DNA of 26,894 nt, from assembly GCA_036398295.1 (NCBI GenBank), contig DASWHH010000271.1, positions 1 to 26,894 on the forward strand. Direction: 5' to 3'. The stretch is from a bacterium (GTDB lineage Bacteria; Zhuqueibacterota; Zhuqueibacteria; Oceanimicrobiales; Oceanimicrobiaceae). Made by a program: the position numbers and the translations under genes. The notes under the pieces are model-generated. The model had not been told where the DNA came from, did not search any database, and saw only the letters and a list, made by a program, of their open reading frames with translations. This document shows positions 8,906 through 16,194 of this stretch, in pieces (position 1 is the first letter of the stretch; every line of letters starts with the position of its first letter).

Positions 8906-8969
8906 CCATGACGATTCCAAACAGCAGCTGGGCATAAGGCTGCGAAGGGGTCATTTGCTGATTTCCAGC

Positions 8970-9012
8970 GCGCGGCAAAGCCGCCCGCCTGCCGGACGGG
9001 CAGGCAACCAAA
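8970..9012. repeat. Two adjacent short GC-rich palindromes (REP-like)
   Basis: GCGGC-AAA-GCCGC (8972-8984) immediately followed by GCCTGCC-GGACG-GGCAGGC (8987-9005), in the pyrD-cdsA intergenic region. Confidence 0.6.
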
Positions 9013-9170
9013 TACCATTGAGTTAGCCACGGTTTGTTTCGTATTTCAAATTTCACCCCACAAAATAAAAACTTTGCAAAAAAAGCAATGTTTTACAAAT
9101 TTGGAGTACGGATGCACGCGGATTGATGCAGTACAGCGATATATTTTTTGACCAAAGGAGAGCAGGGAGG

Positions 9171-9998
9171 GTGGACTTAAAAAAGTTTGGCATTCGAGCG
9201 CTGGTCACGATCGTTTTCGGGCCCTTCATACTGTTTTGCGCATGGAAAGGAAGTTATCTTTTTCTAGCGCTGGTAACGTCGCTGGTTGTCCTCGGCGCGG
9301 GTGAGTTTTACGGGTTGGCTGTGAAAAAAGTAACGAACCCGCAGCGAATTCTTGGTATGGTCGCGAGCGCGGCGCTTTGCCTATCGTTGTTTTTTTACGC
9401 GACGCACTATCTTTGGCTGGTATTTGCCGTTTTGGTTTTTTTTTCTGGCACCTACGAGTTGTTTCGCAATGCAGTTAATCCGATTCTAAATATCGCGGCG
9501 ACCTTGATGGGGGTACTCTGCGTGGCGTTACCCCTGAGCTTTCTCCTCCTTATCCGCGAGCTGCCGAACCAGTTCAACTTTGACTACCGGCATGGTGGCC
9601 AGATCGTGATTCTGGTTTTTCTCACCATCTGGGTTTGTGATACCATGGCGTATGTGCTGGGTTCACAGTTCGGAAAACACAAATTGTTTGAGCGGGCGAG
9701 TCCAAACAAAACCATCGAGGGAACGCTTTGTGGTTTCTTGTCCGCAGTCACGGTGGCGTGGGTCTGCCAGCAGACATTCTTAAGTCACATGAGACTTGTG
9801 GATGTGCTGGTGATCGGGGTGATTAGTGGTAGCGTGGGACAGATGAGCGATTTACTCGAATCCCTGCTTAAGCGGGACGCCGGCGTGAAAGATTCGTCGA
9901 ACCTCATTCCGGGTCACGGGGGAATTTTGGATCGTTTTGATAGTGAGATTCTCGTGGCGCCAGCCGTCTACGTTTATTTGAAGTTGGTGGTTTTTTAG
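9171..9998 (+). CDS. cdsA: Phosphatidate cytidylyltransferase
   Basis: Multi-TM protein with DTMAYVLGSQFGKHKL, SPNKTIEG and SDLLESLLKRDAGVKDSSNLIPGHGGILDRFDS. GTG 9171 follows AAGGAG/GGAGG and is preferred to the ORF-track start at 9123. Confidence 0.95.
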   Translation: MDLKKFGIRALVTIVFGPFILFCAWKGSYLFLALVTSLVVLGAGEFYGLAVKKVTNPQRILGMVASAALCLSLFFYATHYLWLVFAVLVFFSGTYELFRNAVNPILNIAATLMGVLCVALPLSFLLLIRELPNQFNFDYRHGGQIVILVFLTIWVCDTMAYVLGSQFGKHKLFERASPNKTIEGTLCGFLSAVTVAWVCQQTFLSHMRLVDVLVIGVISGSVGQMSDLLESLLKRDAGVKDSSNLIPGHGGILDRFDSEILVAPAVYVYLKLVVF

Positions 9999-9999
9999 T

Positions 10000-10947
10000 T
10001 CACACCAAAACACTTCCATCTTTTAAAATCACCCTGCCGTCAATACAAACTGTGGGTTTCAGGATCACGCCCTTGGTGGCCTGAATGATTTTGCCGTGCA
10101 CTTTGGTGATCTGATATTCGCCGATCGCGATATGCGCGGTTCCGAAGACCTTTTCATCACCAAGCTGCGAATTTCCGAAGCTCACCTGATCGTTGGTACC
10201 AATTCCTAACTCATTGATTTTGCGGCCGGCTGTGCCGTACTTGCGGATGGCCTTGCGCAGTTGCTCTGCCTCATGAGCGCCTTTAACCTGGGTGATCACA
10301 CCATTCTTGATCTTCAGGATGATCGCTTTATTGAGCGCCCTTGTCTGTCCACAAATACGATCCAGAACTACTTCGCCGTCGACGTTGTTGCTTAAGGTGA
10401 CACACGCTTCGCCGGCGGGCAGGGTTGTGAGCTGCCCGGTTTCTTTGGCAATGCCAGTGATCGCCCTGCCCTTGGTTTTAACGAGGTTAATTTTCAAATC
10501 TGTGCCACTCGGAGAGGTGAGAACCAGATTTCTTCCGATGGAAAAAATATCCGCAAGGCGGCGGCTGGCGGTAGCCACCTTATTGAGATTTATTTTAAGT
10601 AGGTGATCAAACAAATCTTGCCTGGCATTACCGAGGAGGAGAAGCCGCGTTCCCTTTTGCCGGGCCGCCTCAAAGAGGCGTTCCGAGATTATTTTTGGGC
10701 TGAGTATCACCACGCAGTCGCTATTACCTAACGAATTATAAATCGAGGGCGGCAGACCGAGATAGTTAGAAAATTGATGCGAAAAAATCGTGATTTGAGC
10801 AAACTTGGTGGCCATGCGTGCGCGTTTCCACAGCACGTCCGCCATGCCAGACAACGTCTCTTCGGCAACGATGTGCAAGGACTCATGGGGCTTGACATTC
10901 AGACAGTCCTTGAAAATGGTGCGGGCTGACTTTTCGACCTTGGTCAT
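10000..10947 (-). CDS. M29 (thermophilic metalloprotease/leucyl aminopeptidase)-like protein with a degenerate metal site
   Basis: Retains SPSGTDL, TLPAGEA, NELGIGTN, DEKVFGTAHIAIG and ILKPTVCIDG. The HxD expected just before GVILKPT reads ATK. Confidence 0.8.
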   Translation of the reverse strand: MTKVEKSARTIFKDCLNVKPHESLHIVAEETLSGMADVLWKRARMATKFAQITIFSHQFSNYLGLPPSIYNSLGNSDCVVILSPKIISERLFEAARQKGTRLLLLGNARQDLFDHLLKINLNKVATASRRLADIFSIGRNLVLTSPSGTDLKINLVKTKGRAITGIAKETGQLTTLPAGEACVTLSNNVDGEVVLDRICGQTRALNKAIILKIKNGVITQVKGAHEAEQLRKAIRKYGTAGRKINELGIGTNDQVSFGNSQLGDEKVFGTAHIAIGEYQITKVHGKIIQATKGVILKPTVCIDGRVILKDGSVLV

Positions 10948-11174
10948 ACAATTCAGGAGGTAGTGAACATCGTAAAAGGAATTATGTCGGTTTGGGCAAG
11001 GAGAAACCTGTCACGAGGGGTTCGAGAGCCAAACAAAGAAATACTCTAACCGAATGTGGATCAGATGGCAGAAGCAGGGATATCAAAAGTCCTTCGCTCT
11101 CAGTTTCCTCACCCAAAAAACATTTGCTCCTCAACTTTTCGCCTTCTTTGCCGCGCTGTCTTCCTGGACAGATG

Positions 11175-12416
11175 TTAATCCTGCAAGGCAGTATGCGCAA
11201 AGACTTTCGCATCGTCGATGATGTTTTGAATTCTAACGTATTCGTTAGGCTCGTGAAGCGTCTCGTCCTGCGTCGCCCACACCGCCGCGTTAAACCCGGC
11301 TTTTCGGAAAAACGCCGCCACTGTACCGCCGCCGATTCCCATCACTTTGGGCTTCACCCTGCGGATATCAGAAATCGCACTTTCCAGCGCCTTGACGATC
11401 GGCGCATCGATCGGCGTTGGCGGTGCGGCCCGGCCATCCAGCTCACAATTCATCTCAACCGTAGCTTGGTGGCGGCTTTCAACTTCCTGGCAGAGGCGTT
11501 TCACGTTTTCCAGGAATCGATCTATATCATAACTCGGCAGAATGCGGCAGTCAAAATAAAAAACATCCTCGCCGGGAATGGTGTTGACGTTGGGAACGTT
11601 GGCTTCCCGTTTTGTCGGCTCAAAAGTACTGGTGGGCGGATCGAACATCGGGTCGATGATGTTGTAAATCAAGTACAAGTTATTCATTTTCACAATCAAG
11701 TTGGCTGCCGCTTTGAATGCGTTCACGCCCCGTTCGGGAGTGGAGGCATGGGTGGTCTTGCCCACCACCCGGAATTTCAGCCACAGGATGCTTTTTTCTG
11801 CCACCTCGATCACCGAGCCATCGGCCACGCCGGAATCGGGGATAATGATCAAATCCTCTTTCTTGAAAATGTCTGAGTGTTTTTCCAGCAGGTATTGCAT
11901 GCCGTACCTGTTGCCGGTCTCTTCATCGGCGGCGAAGACCAGTCCAAAATCCCGGGCCGGCTGGATGCCTTCGTCGTGGAAGGCTTTGGCCGCAATCAAC
12001 GAGGACACAATTCCCTGCTGGTTGTCCTCGACGCCACGCCCGAAGATTTTGCCGTTCTCGACGCGCACTTTCCAGGGATCGCCTTGCCATGCGCTCAGGT
12101 CGCCCGGCGGCACGACGTCCATGTGGGACATAATCCATAGCGTCGGTAGTGAACTTTTTCCCTTCAGCCTGGCAACCAAATTAGGACGATAGCCGCAACT
12201 CACCCGGGAATCCGCGGCCTGGTACAGAGTTGCGTCGCAATTCAACCTGTTTTTGAAATATGACTGCAAATACTCGGCTTTTTTCAACTCACCGTCGCCG
12301 CCGTTTTCCGGGGCCAGCGCCGGGCTGGCGGTGAGATGCGTTTGAATCTCTATGATCTCGTCTTGATACGAGTCAATGCGCTTGCTGAGTTTGCCGAGTA
12401 CCGTTTTGTCGATCAT
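11175..12416 (-). CDS. M20 family metallo-hydrolase (DapE/ArgE-like peptidase or deacylase)
   Basis: SHMDVVPPG, GRGVEDNQQG, DEETG, IIPDSG, VAEK, HASTPERGVNA, NVNTIPG and a C-terminal TLHEPNE. The full ligand set appears present. Confidence 0.93.
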   Translation of the reverse strand: MIDKTVLGKLSKRIDSYQDEIIEIQTHLTASPALAPENGGDGELKKAEYLQSYFKNRLNCDATLYQAADSRVSCGYRPNLVARLKGKSSLPTLWIMSHMDVVPPGDLSAWQGDPWKVRVENGKIFGRGVEDNQQGIVSSLIAAKAFHDEGIQPARDFGLVFAADEETGNRYGMQYLLEKHSDIFKKEDLIIIPDSGVADGSVIEVAEKSILWLKFRVVGKTTHASTPERGVNAFKAAANLIVKMNNLYLIYNIIDPMFDPPTSTFEPTKREANVPNVNTIPGEDVFYFDCRILPSYDIDRFLENVKRLCQEVESRHQATVEMNCELDGRAAPPTPIDAPIVKALESAISDIRRVKPKVMGIGGGTVAAFFRKAGFNAAVWATQDETLHEPNEYVRIQNIIDDAKVFAHTALQD

Positions 12417-12430
12417 GGCTCAAGCAATTT

Positions 12431-12548
12431 GAATGTTGAATATCGAACACGGAATGCCCAAATTCGAAGCGAATATCGAATATCGAACAAGGAATGACGA
12501 ATCATGAAGTGAGAGAATTCAGAATTCGATATTTTTTGTTCGATATTC
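12431..12548. repeat. Heptamer-periodic imperfect palindromic element, copy A
   Basis: Two degenerate 39-bp units (12431-12469 and 12471-12509) built from GAAtnnn heptads, plus a 13-bp perfect inverted repeat GAATATCGAACAA (12478-12490) / TTGTTCGATATTC (12536-12548). Confidence 0.8.
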
Positions 12549-12566
12549 ATTATTTTTCTAAATCTC

Positions 12567-12601
12567 AAAAAGCCATCAGGCTTTCGATGACGCCCTGATG
12601 G
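12567..12601 (-). terminator. Candidate intrinsic terminator overlapping the MFS stop codon
   Basis: On the - strand: CCATCAGG-13 nt-CCTGATGG (8-bp stem, 12601 to 12573) followed by CTTTTT. Confidence 0.5.
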
Positions 12602-13907
12602 TTTCCAGCCCATGGGACTGGCCGCCGGTTTCGCTTTTGCGAAGTAGATAAGCGAATAGCAAGCCGAGGAATCCAAGAGTCGAGAAAATCCACATTCCCG
12701 GTGCATATCCCAATGGATTGGTTGCGCTCGCCCCGCCCAGGTCATTGGCTTTGCCGATCATCAGGTTGAAAGCAAAAAAGCCGATTTGCTGGATGAGGGT
12801 CATGAGCGCGTAAGCTGTTCCCAGCCGCTTTTCTTCAACAATGTAGGCCACCGAAGGCCACAACACCGCCGGAATGAGGGAGAAGGCAATGCCCATCATC
12901 GTCACCGGCACCCAAAGAGAGATTTGAGTGTATGCCATAATAAGATAAACTGGCATCAGTAGCAGCGAACCGATGGTCATGAGCAAAGCGCGCTTGCCTA
13001 CTCTGTCAACCATAAGCCCGAACAACGGCGTGGCAATCATCGCTGAAATTGGCAGCAGGCCGTTGAAAAAGCCGGCAGCCTCGCGCGCCTGATCCGCGGG
13101 CAGAGCGGCAAAATGGGTGTCCATAAAGAATTTGATGGCGAAAGTTCGGAACGGGAAGATGGCCGAGTAAAAGGCCAGACACAGGCCTACGATCAGCCAA
13201 TAGGAGTAGTTGAACTTAAAAATCTGCGAGAAGTCCAGCTTGTCGATGGCGCCCGCACTACCCAGACTGAACCGCCGCTCTGCCTGATTTTCGAGCCACC
13301 AGTAAATGAAGGCACCAACCAGTCCGATGATGCCGGCGCCCACGGACAACACCAGGGGACCCTGCCAGCTTGGGTCCGCTTCAGGACCATGGGGATAGAA
13401 AATGCTGCCCGCCCACGAGGGGGAGTTGTCGGCAGCGACGGACGCAAGTCGTGCGATAGTCAAATTCACGCCGAAAGCAAAGCTCAGCTCTTTGCCTTTG
13501 AACCATTTCGCCAGTGCGGTGGTTACGGCGACGATGAGAGATTCAGCGCCCAGGCCCAGGACCACACGTCCCACGATGATCGGGCCAAAGCTGCCCTTTA
13601 ACCCTGTTAGCACCGCCCCGATGAGGCACAGTAGCGAGAAAACCGTGATGGCTTTTTTGGTGCCGATGCGATCGATGATGATGCCCCCGATGAGCAGAGT
13701 CAGCAAAGCAGCAATGCTGTAGCTGGCGTTGAGCCAGCCGATGTCGCTGTCGGTGAAACCAAGCTGCTTGGTGAAAATATCAACCAGCGGATTGATGCTG
13801 TCATAAATGTAGTAGTTCCCAAACATTGGGAGACTGACAAACAGCAGTACGATCCATCTAAATGCAACGGATGGTTGTGGCCGATCTTGCAGGTCTGGGT
13901 TATTCAT
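12576..13907 (-). CDS. MFS transporter, MFSD1-like (putative dipeptide transporter)
   Basis: About 12-TM MFS layout with GGIIIDRIG and FGLMVDRVGKR. Shares FGNYYIYD, GRVVLGLGAESL, WFKGKEL, ARL, YSAIFPF and LWPSVAYIVEEKRLGTAY with eukaryotic MFSD1 as I recall its sequence. Confidence 0.9.
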   Translation of the reverse strand: MNNPDLQDRPQPSVAFRWIVLLFVSLPMFGNYYIYDSINPLVDIFTKQLGFTDSDIGWLNASYSIAALLTLLIGGIIIDRIGTKKAITVFSLLCLIGAVLTGLKGSFGPIIVGRVVLGLGAESLIVAVTTALAKWFKGKELSFAFGVNLTIARLASVAADNSPSWAGSIFYPHGPEADPSWQGPLVLSVGAGIIGLVGAFIYWWLENQAERRFSLGSAGAIDKLDFSQIFKFNYSYWLIVGLCLAFYSAIFPFRTFAIKFFMDTHFAALPADQAREAAGFFNGLLPISAMIATPLFGLMVDRVGKRALLMTIGSLLLMPVYLIMAYTQISLWVPVTMMGIAFSLIPAVLWPSVAYIVEEKRLGTAYALMTLIQQIGFFAFNLMIGKANDLGGASATNPLGYAPGMWIFSTLGFLGLLFAYLLRKSETGGQSHGLETIRASSKA

Positions 13908-13961
13908 TCATCTTCTTTTTTAATGTTTCTGAGCGCTCCTTCATGCGCTGATCAGCAGCGA

Positions 13962-16136
13962 TCACAGTTTGGTTTCAACAGGCTTTTTTGCATAGTAGTA
14001 CAAAGAAGCCGCCAAGAGCACAAACATCACTACCGCAAAGAGGTTGCTCTGTGCCAGCCCACCTAAAAGCTTTGGACCAAATGCCAGTACGCCTGCTGGC
14101 AGCAACTTGACGCCGAGCTCGGGGTCGCCGAGCACATTGATAACGATACCCAATAAGCCAATGACGCCACCGGCGGCGATTAACCCGCTCGAGTAGAGGG
14201 AACCCGGGCTCACCTCGCTTTCCGCGTGACCGCCCGCGGAACTTTGCTTTCCGCGGTTGACAAGCCAATGGACGATGCCGCCACAGAAAATCGCGAGCGT
14301 GGTGTGGAGTCCGAGGTAAGATCCCACTGCAAAAGAGAGAGAGCGAATTCCCAGCAATTCGACCGCCGCAACCAGGAAAACACCAAGCATCACCAACCGC
14401 CACGGCAGGCGTTGGTTCAGGATGCCGTTGATAACCGTGGCCATCAGGCGAGCCTGCGGCGCAGCGGCTTTATCACTGCCTATGCCCTGAATCCATTGAA
14501 TTTCAATCTGTCCTGTTGACGAGTCGTATAAATACTTGCCGTCTGGCACTTCGGGTGAGCCAAGGGCGTTAATCAGGATGTATGGTTTACTCTTGTATTC
14601 GTAACTTTCTTTCTCCACTTTGACTCCGCCCTCTTCGGCGCGCGCGGCTTCGATGTTTAGTGGCAGCTGCATGGGTTTGTATTCGGAGAGGCCAACGTTC
14701 ATCAGGATGAGCGTACCGCCAATGACAAACACGCTGACCAGTACACCGATAATCAGCGCCACCTGCTGCAGGTACGGCGTGGCACCGACAAGATAGCCGG
14801 TCTTCAAGTCTTGAGAGGTGGCGCCGGCATTGGCGGCCGCGACGCAAACCACCCCGCCGATGGTGATCGCCAGTGCGGAGTAGGCTGCCGCAGTCCAGCC
14901 CATGACTAAGAACATGGCGCACGTGGCCATGAGCGTGGCGATAGTCATCCCGCTCACAGGATTGGCCGACGTGCCAATCAGTCCGCAAATTCGCGACGAC
15001 ACGGTGACGAAAAGAAATCCGAAAATCACGACAAAAATACCGGCGACGATATTTTCAAACCAGGTCGTGCTCGCACCCGGTACCGGCATGAAGGTCAATA
15101 TCGCCCACATCATCACTACAATGCCGAGTGACCCGAAGATCACCCATTTCATTGAAAGGTCGCGTTCGTTGCGAGCGGAGCCGACTTCCTCGCCGGACTT
15201 CTGAGCGCGCACGTCCTTGAGGCCGGCCTTGAGCGCCGAAACGATGGTGGGCATGGTCTTCAATAAGGTGATGAGTCCCGCTGCAGCTACGGCGCCGGCG
15301 CCCATCGGACGAATGTAGCTCGCCCACAGTTGATCGGGATTCATGTCTGGAATCGGAATCGTACTGGGATAAAGCGCAAGGCCCGGTGCGAGCGACCCGA
15401 AGAATTTGATAGCCGGCATTAACACCAGCCATGAGAAAACGCCGCCGGCGAAAATCGTCCCCGCCACTCGCGGCCCGATGATATAGCCTACCCCCAAATA
15501 CTCGGAGGTGATCTCCGCACGAAACGACGCCCCGGGCAACCAGTTTGGCTCATAGCGTGGCCGTGAAATCCAGGCGTTTGCAATTGCCATCATGAACGTA
15601 TAGATTCCGCCGAGTCCCAGTCCCAGAAAAACCCGTCCAGCGAAGGAGCCGCCGCGTTCACCAGCGATCAGTACATCGGCGCAAGCCGTACCTTCGGGGT
15701 AGAGCAGGTTGCCGTGCTCTTTCACGATGAGTTGCCGGCGCAAGGGTATCATGAACAGCACTCCTAAAGTGCCGCCGATCAAAGCCAGCAGGAATATGCG
15801 GGTGTATTCGAGTGGGAAGCCGAGAAAGATCAATGCCGGGAGGGTGAAGATGACACCGGCGGCCACCGACTCGCCGGCCGAGCCGGCGGTCTGGACGATG
15901 TTATTCTCCAGGATGGTTGCTTTGCCGAACGCACGCAGGATACTGATGGAGAGCACCGCGATCGGGATGGACGCGCTCACGGTAAGGCCGGCGCGCAGAC
16001 CAACGTACACCGTCACGGCGCCGAATAGAATTCCGAACAAGGCCCCCAACAAAATTGCCTTCAGGGTGAATTCCGAAACGGTCATCTCCGCGGGAATGAA
16101 CGGCTTAAAGTCGGTGGATGTTTTGTTTCCAGCCAT
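13962..16136 (-). CDS. OPT family oligopeptide transporter (YSL-like/bacterial branch)
   Basis: VYVGLRAGLTVSASIPIAV, ILENNIVQTAGSAGESVAAG, YPEGTACA, GSANPVSGMTI-like SANPVSGMTIATL, SQDLKTGYLVGATP, APQARLM and SGLIAAG. Confidence 0.96.
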   Translation of the reverse strand: MAGNKTSTDFKPFIPAEMTVSEFTLKAILLGALFGILFGAVTVYVGLRAGLTVSASIPIAVLSISILRAFGKATILENNIVQTAGSAGESVAAGVIFTLPALIFLGFPLEYTRIFLLALIGGTLGVLFMIPLRRQLIVKEHGNLLYPEGTACADVLIAGERGGSFAGRVFLGLGLGGIYTFMMAIANAWISRPRYEPNWLPGASFRAEITSEYLGVGYIIGPRVAGTIFAGGVFSWLVLMPAIKFFGSLAPGLALYPSTIPIPDMNPDQLWASYIRPMGAGAVAAAGLITLLKTMPTIVSALKAGLKDVRAQKSGEEVGSARNERDLSMKWVIFGSLGIVVMMWAILTFMPVPGASTTWFENIVAGIFVVIFGFLFVTVSSRICGLIGTSANPVSGMTIATLMATCAMFLVMGWTAAAYSALAITIGGVVCVAAANAGATSQDLKTGYLVGATPYLQQVALIIGVLVSVFVIGGTLILMNVGLSEYKPMQLPLNIEAARAEEGGVKVEKESYEYKSKPYILINALGSPEVPDGKYLYDSSTGQIEIQWIQGIGSDKAAAPQARLMATVINGILNQRLPWRLVMLGVFLVAAVELLGIRSLSFAVGSYLGLHTTLAIFCGGIVHWLVNRGKQSSAGGHAESEVSPGSLYSSGLIAAGGVIGLLGIVINVLGDPELGVKLLPAGVLAFGPKLLGGLAQSNLFAVVMFVLLAASLYYYAKKPVETKL

Positions 16137-16194
16137 AGATACTCCCTCGCATTTGGTTTGATCAAATATGATCCGTGGGTGTTTTGACCTTAGT

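Noticed and set aside
9074-9102. TTGCAA as a -35 box for cdsA
   Set aside because: There is no acceptable TAnnnT -10 element at 16-18 nt spacing.
11017-11030. GGGGTTCGAGAGCC resembling a tRNA T-arm
   Set aside because: The flanking bases do not form a 5-bp T-stem, and no cloverleaf or CCA end can be built.
10963-11049. 28-codon + strand ORF (VNIVKGIMSVWARRNLSRGVREPNKEIL) after a perfect AGGAGG
   Set aside because: The SD is only 2 nt from the GTG, no promoter is evident, and the peptide has no recognisable features. It cannot be fully excluded without ribosome profiling.
11045-11114. TPP-riboswitch-like fragments on the - strand (GGGTG...CTGAGA...ATCCCT...CTGATC)
   Set aside because: The conserved GGnTAATnCCnGCG...AGGGA half of the aptamer is missing, and the downstream gene is unrelated to thiamine.
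10992-11876. 294-aa + strand ORF
   Set aside because: It lies antisense to the well-supported M20 gene for most of its length, has no recognisable motifs, and looks like a shadow ORF.
12431-12548. Repeat array considered as a CRISPR
   Set aside because: The units are contiguous degenerate heptads without unique spacers, and no cas genes are present.
12413-12745. 110-aa - strand ORF bridging MFS and M20
   Set aside because: It overlaps the MFS 3' end out of frame, and its remainder is a translation of the heptamer repeat element.
14810-14835. AGATS in the OPT protein as a possible flavinylation site supporting the EetB hypothesis
   Set aside because: It is part of the intramembrane region leading into the SQDLKTG family motif and does not fit [S/T]GA[S/T]. 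I found no ApbE target motif in the window.
16157-16166. Perfect 10-bp palindrome TTTGATCAAA near the OPT start
   Set aside because: It lacks the 4-nt spacer of an FNR/CRP box, and a single AT-rich 10-mer palindrome is expected by chance in a window of this size.
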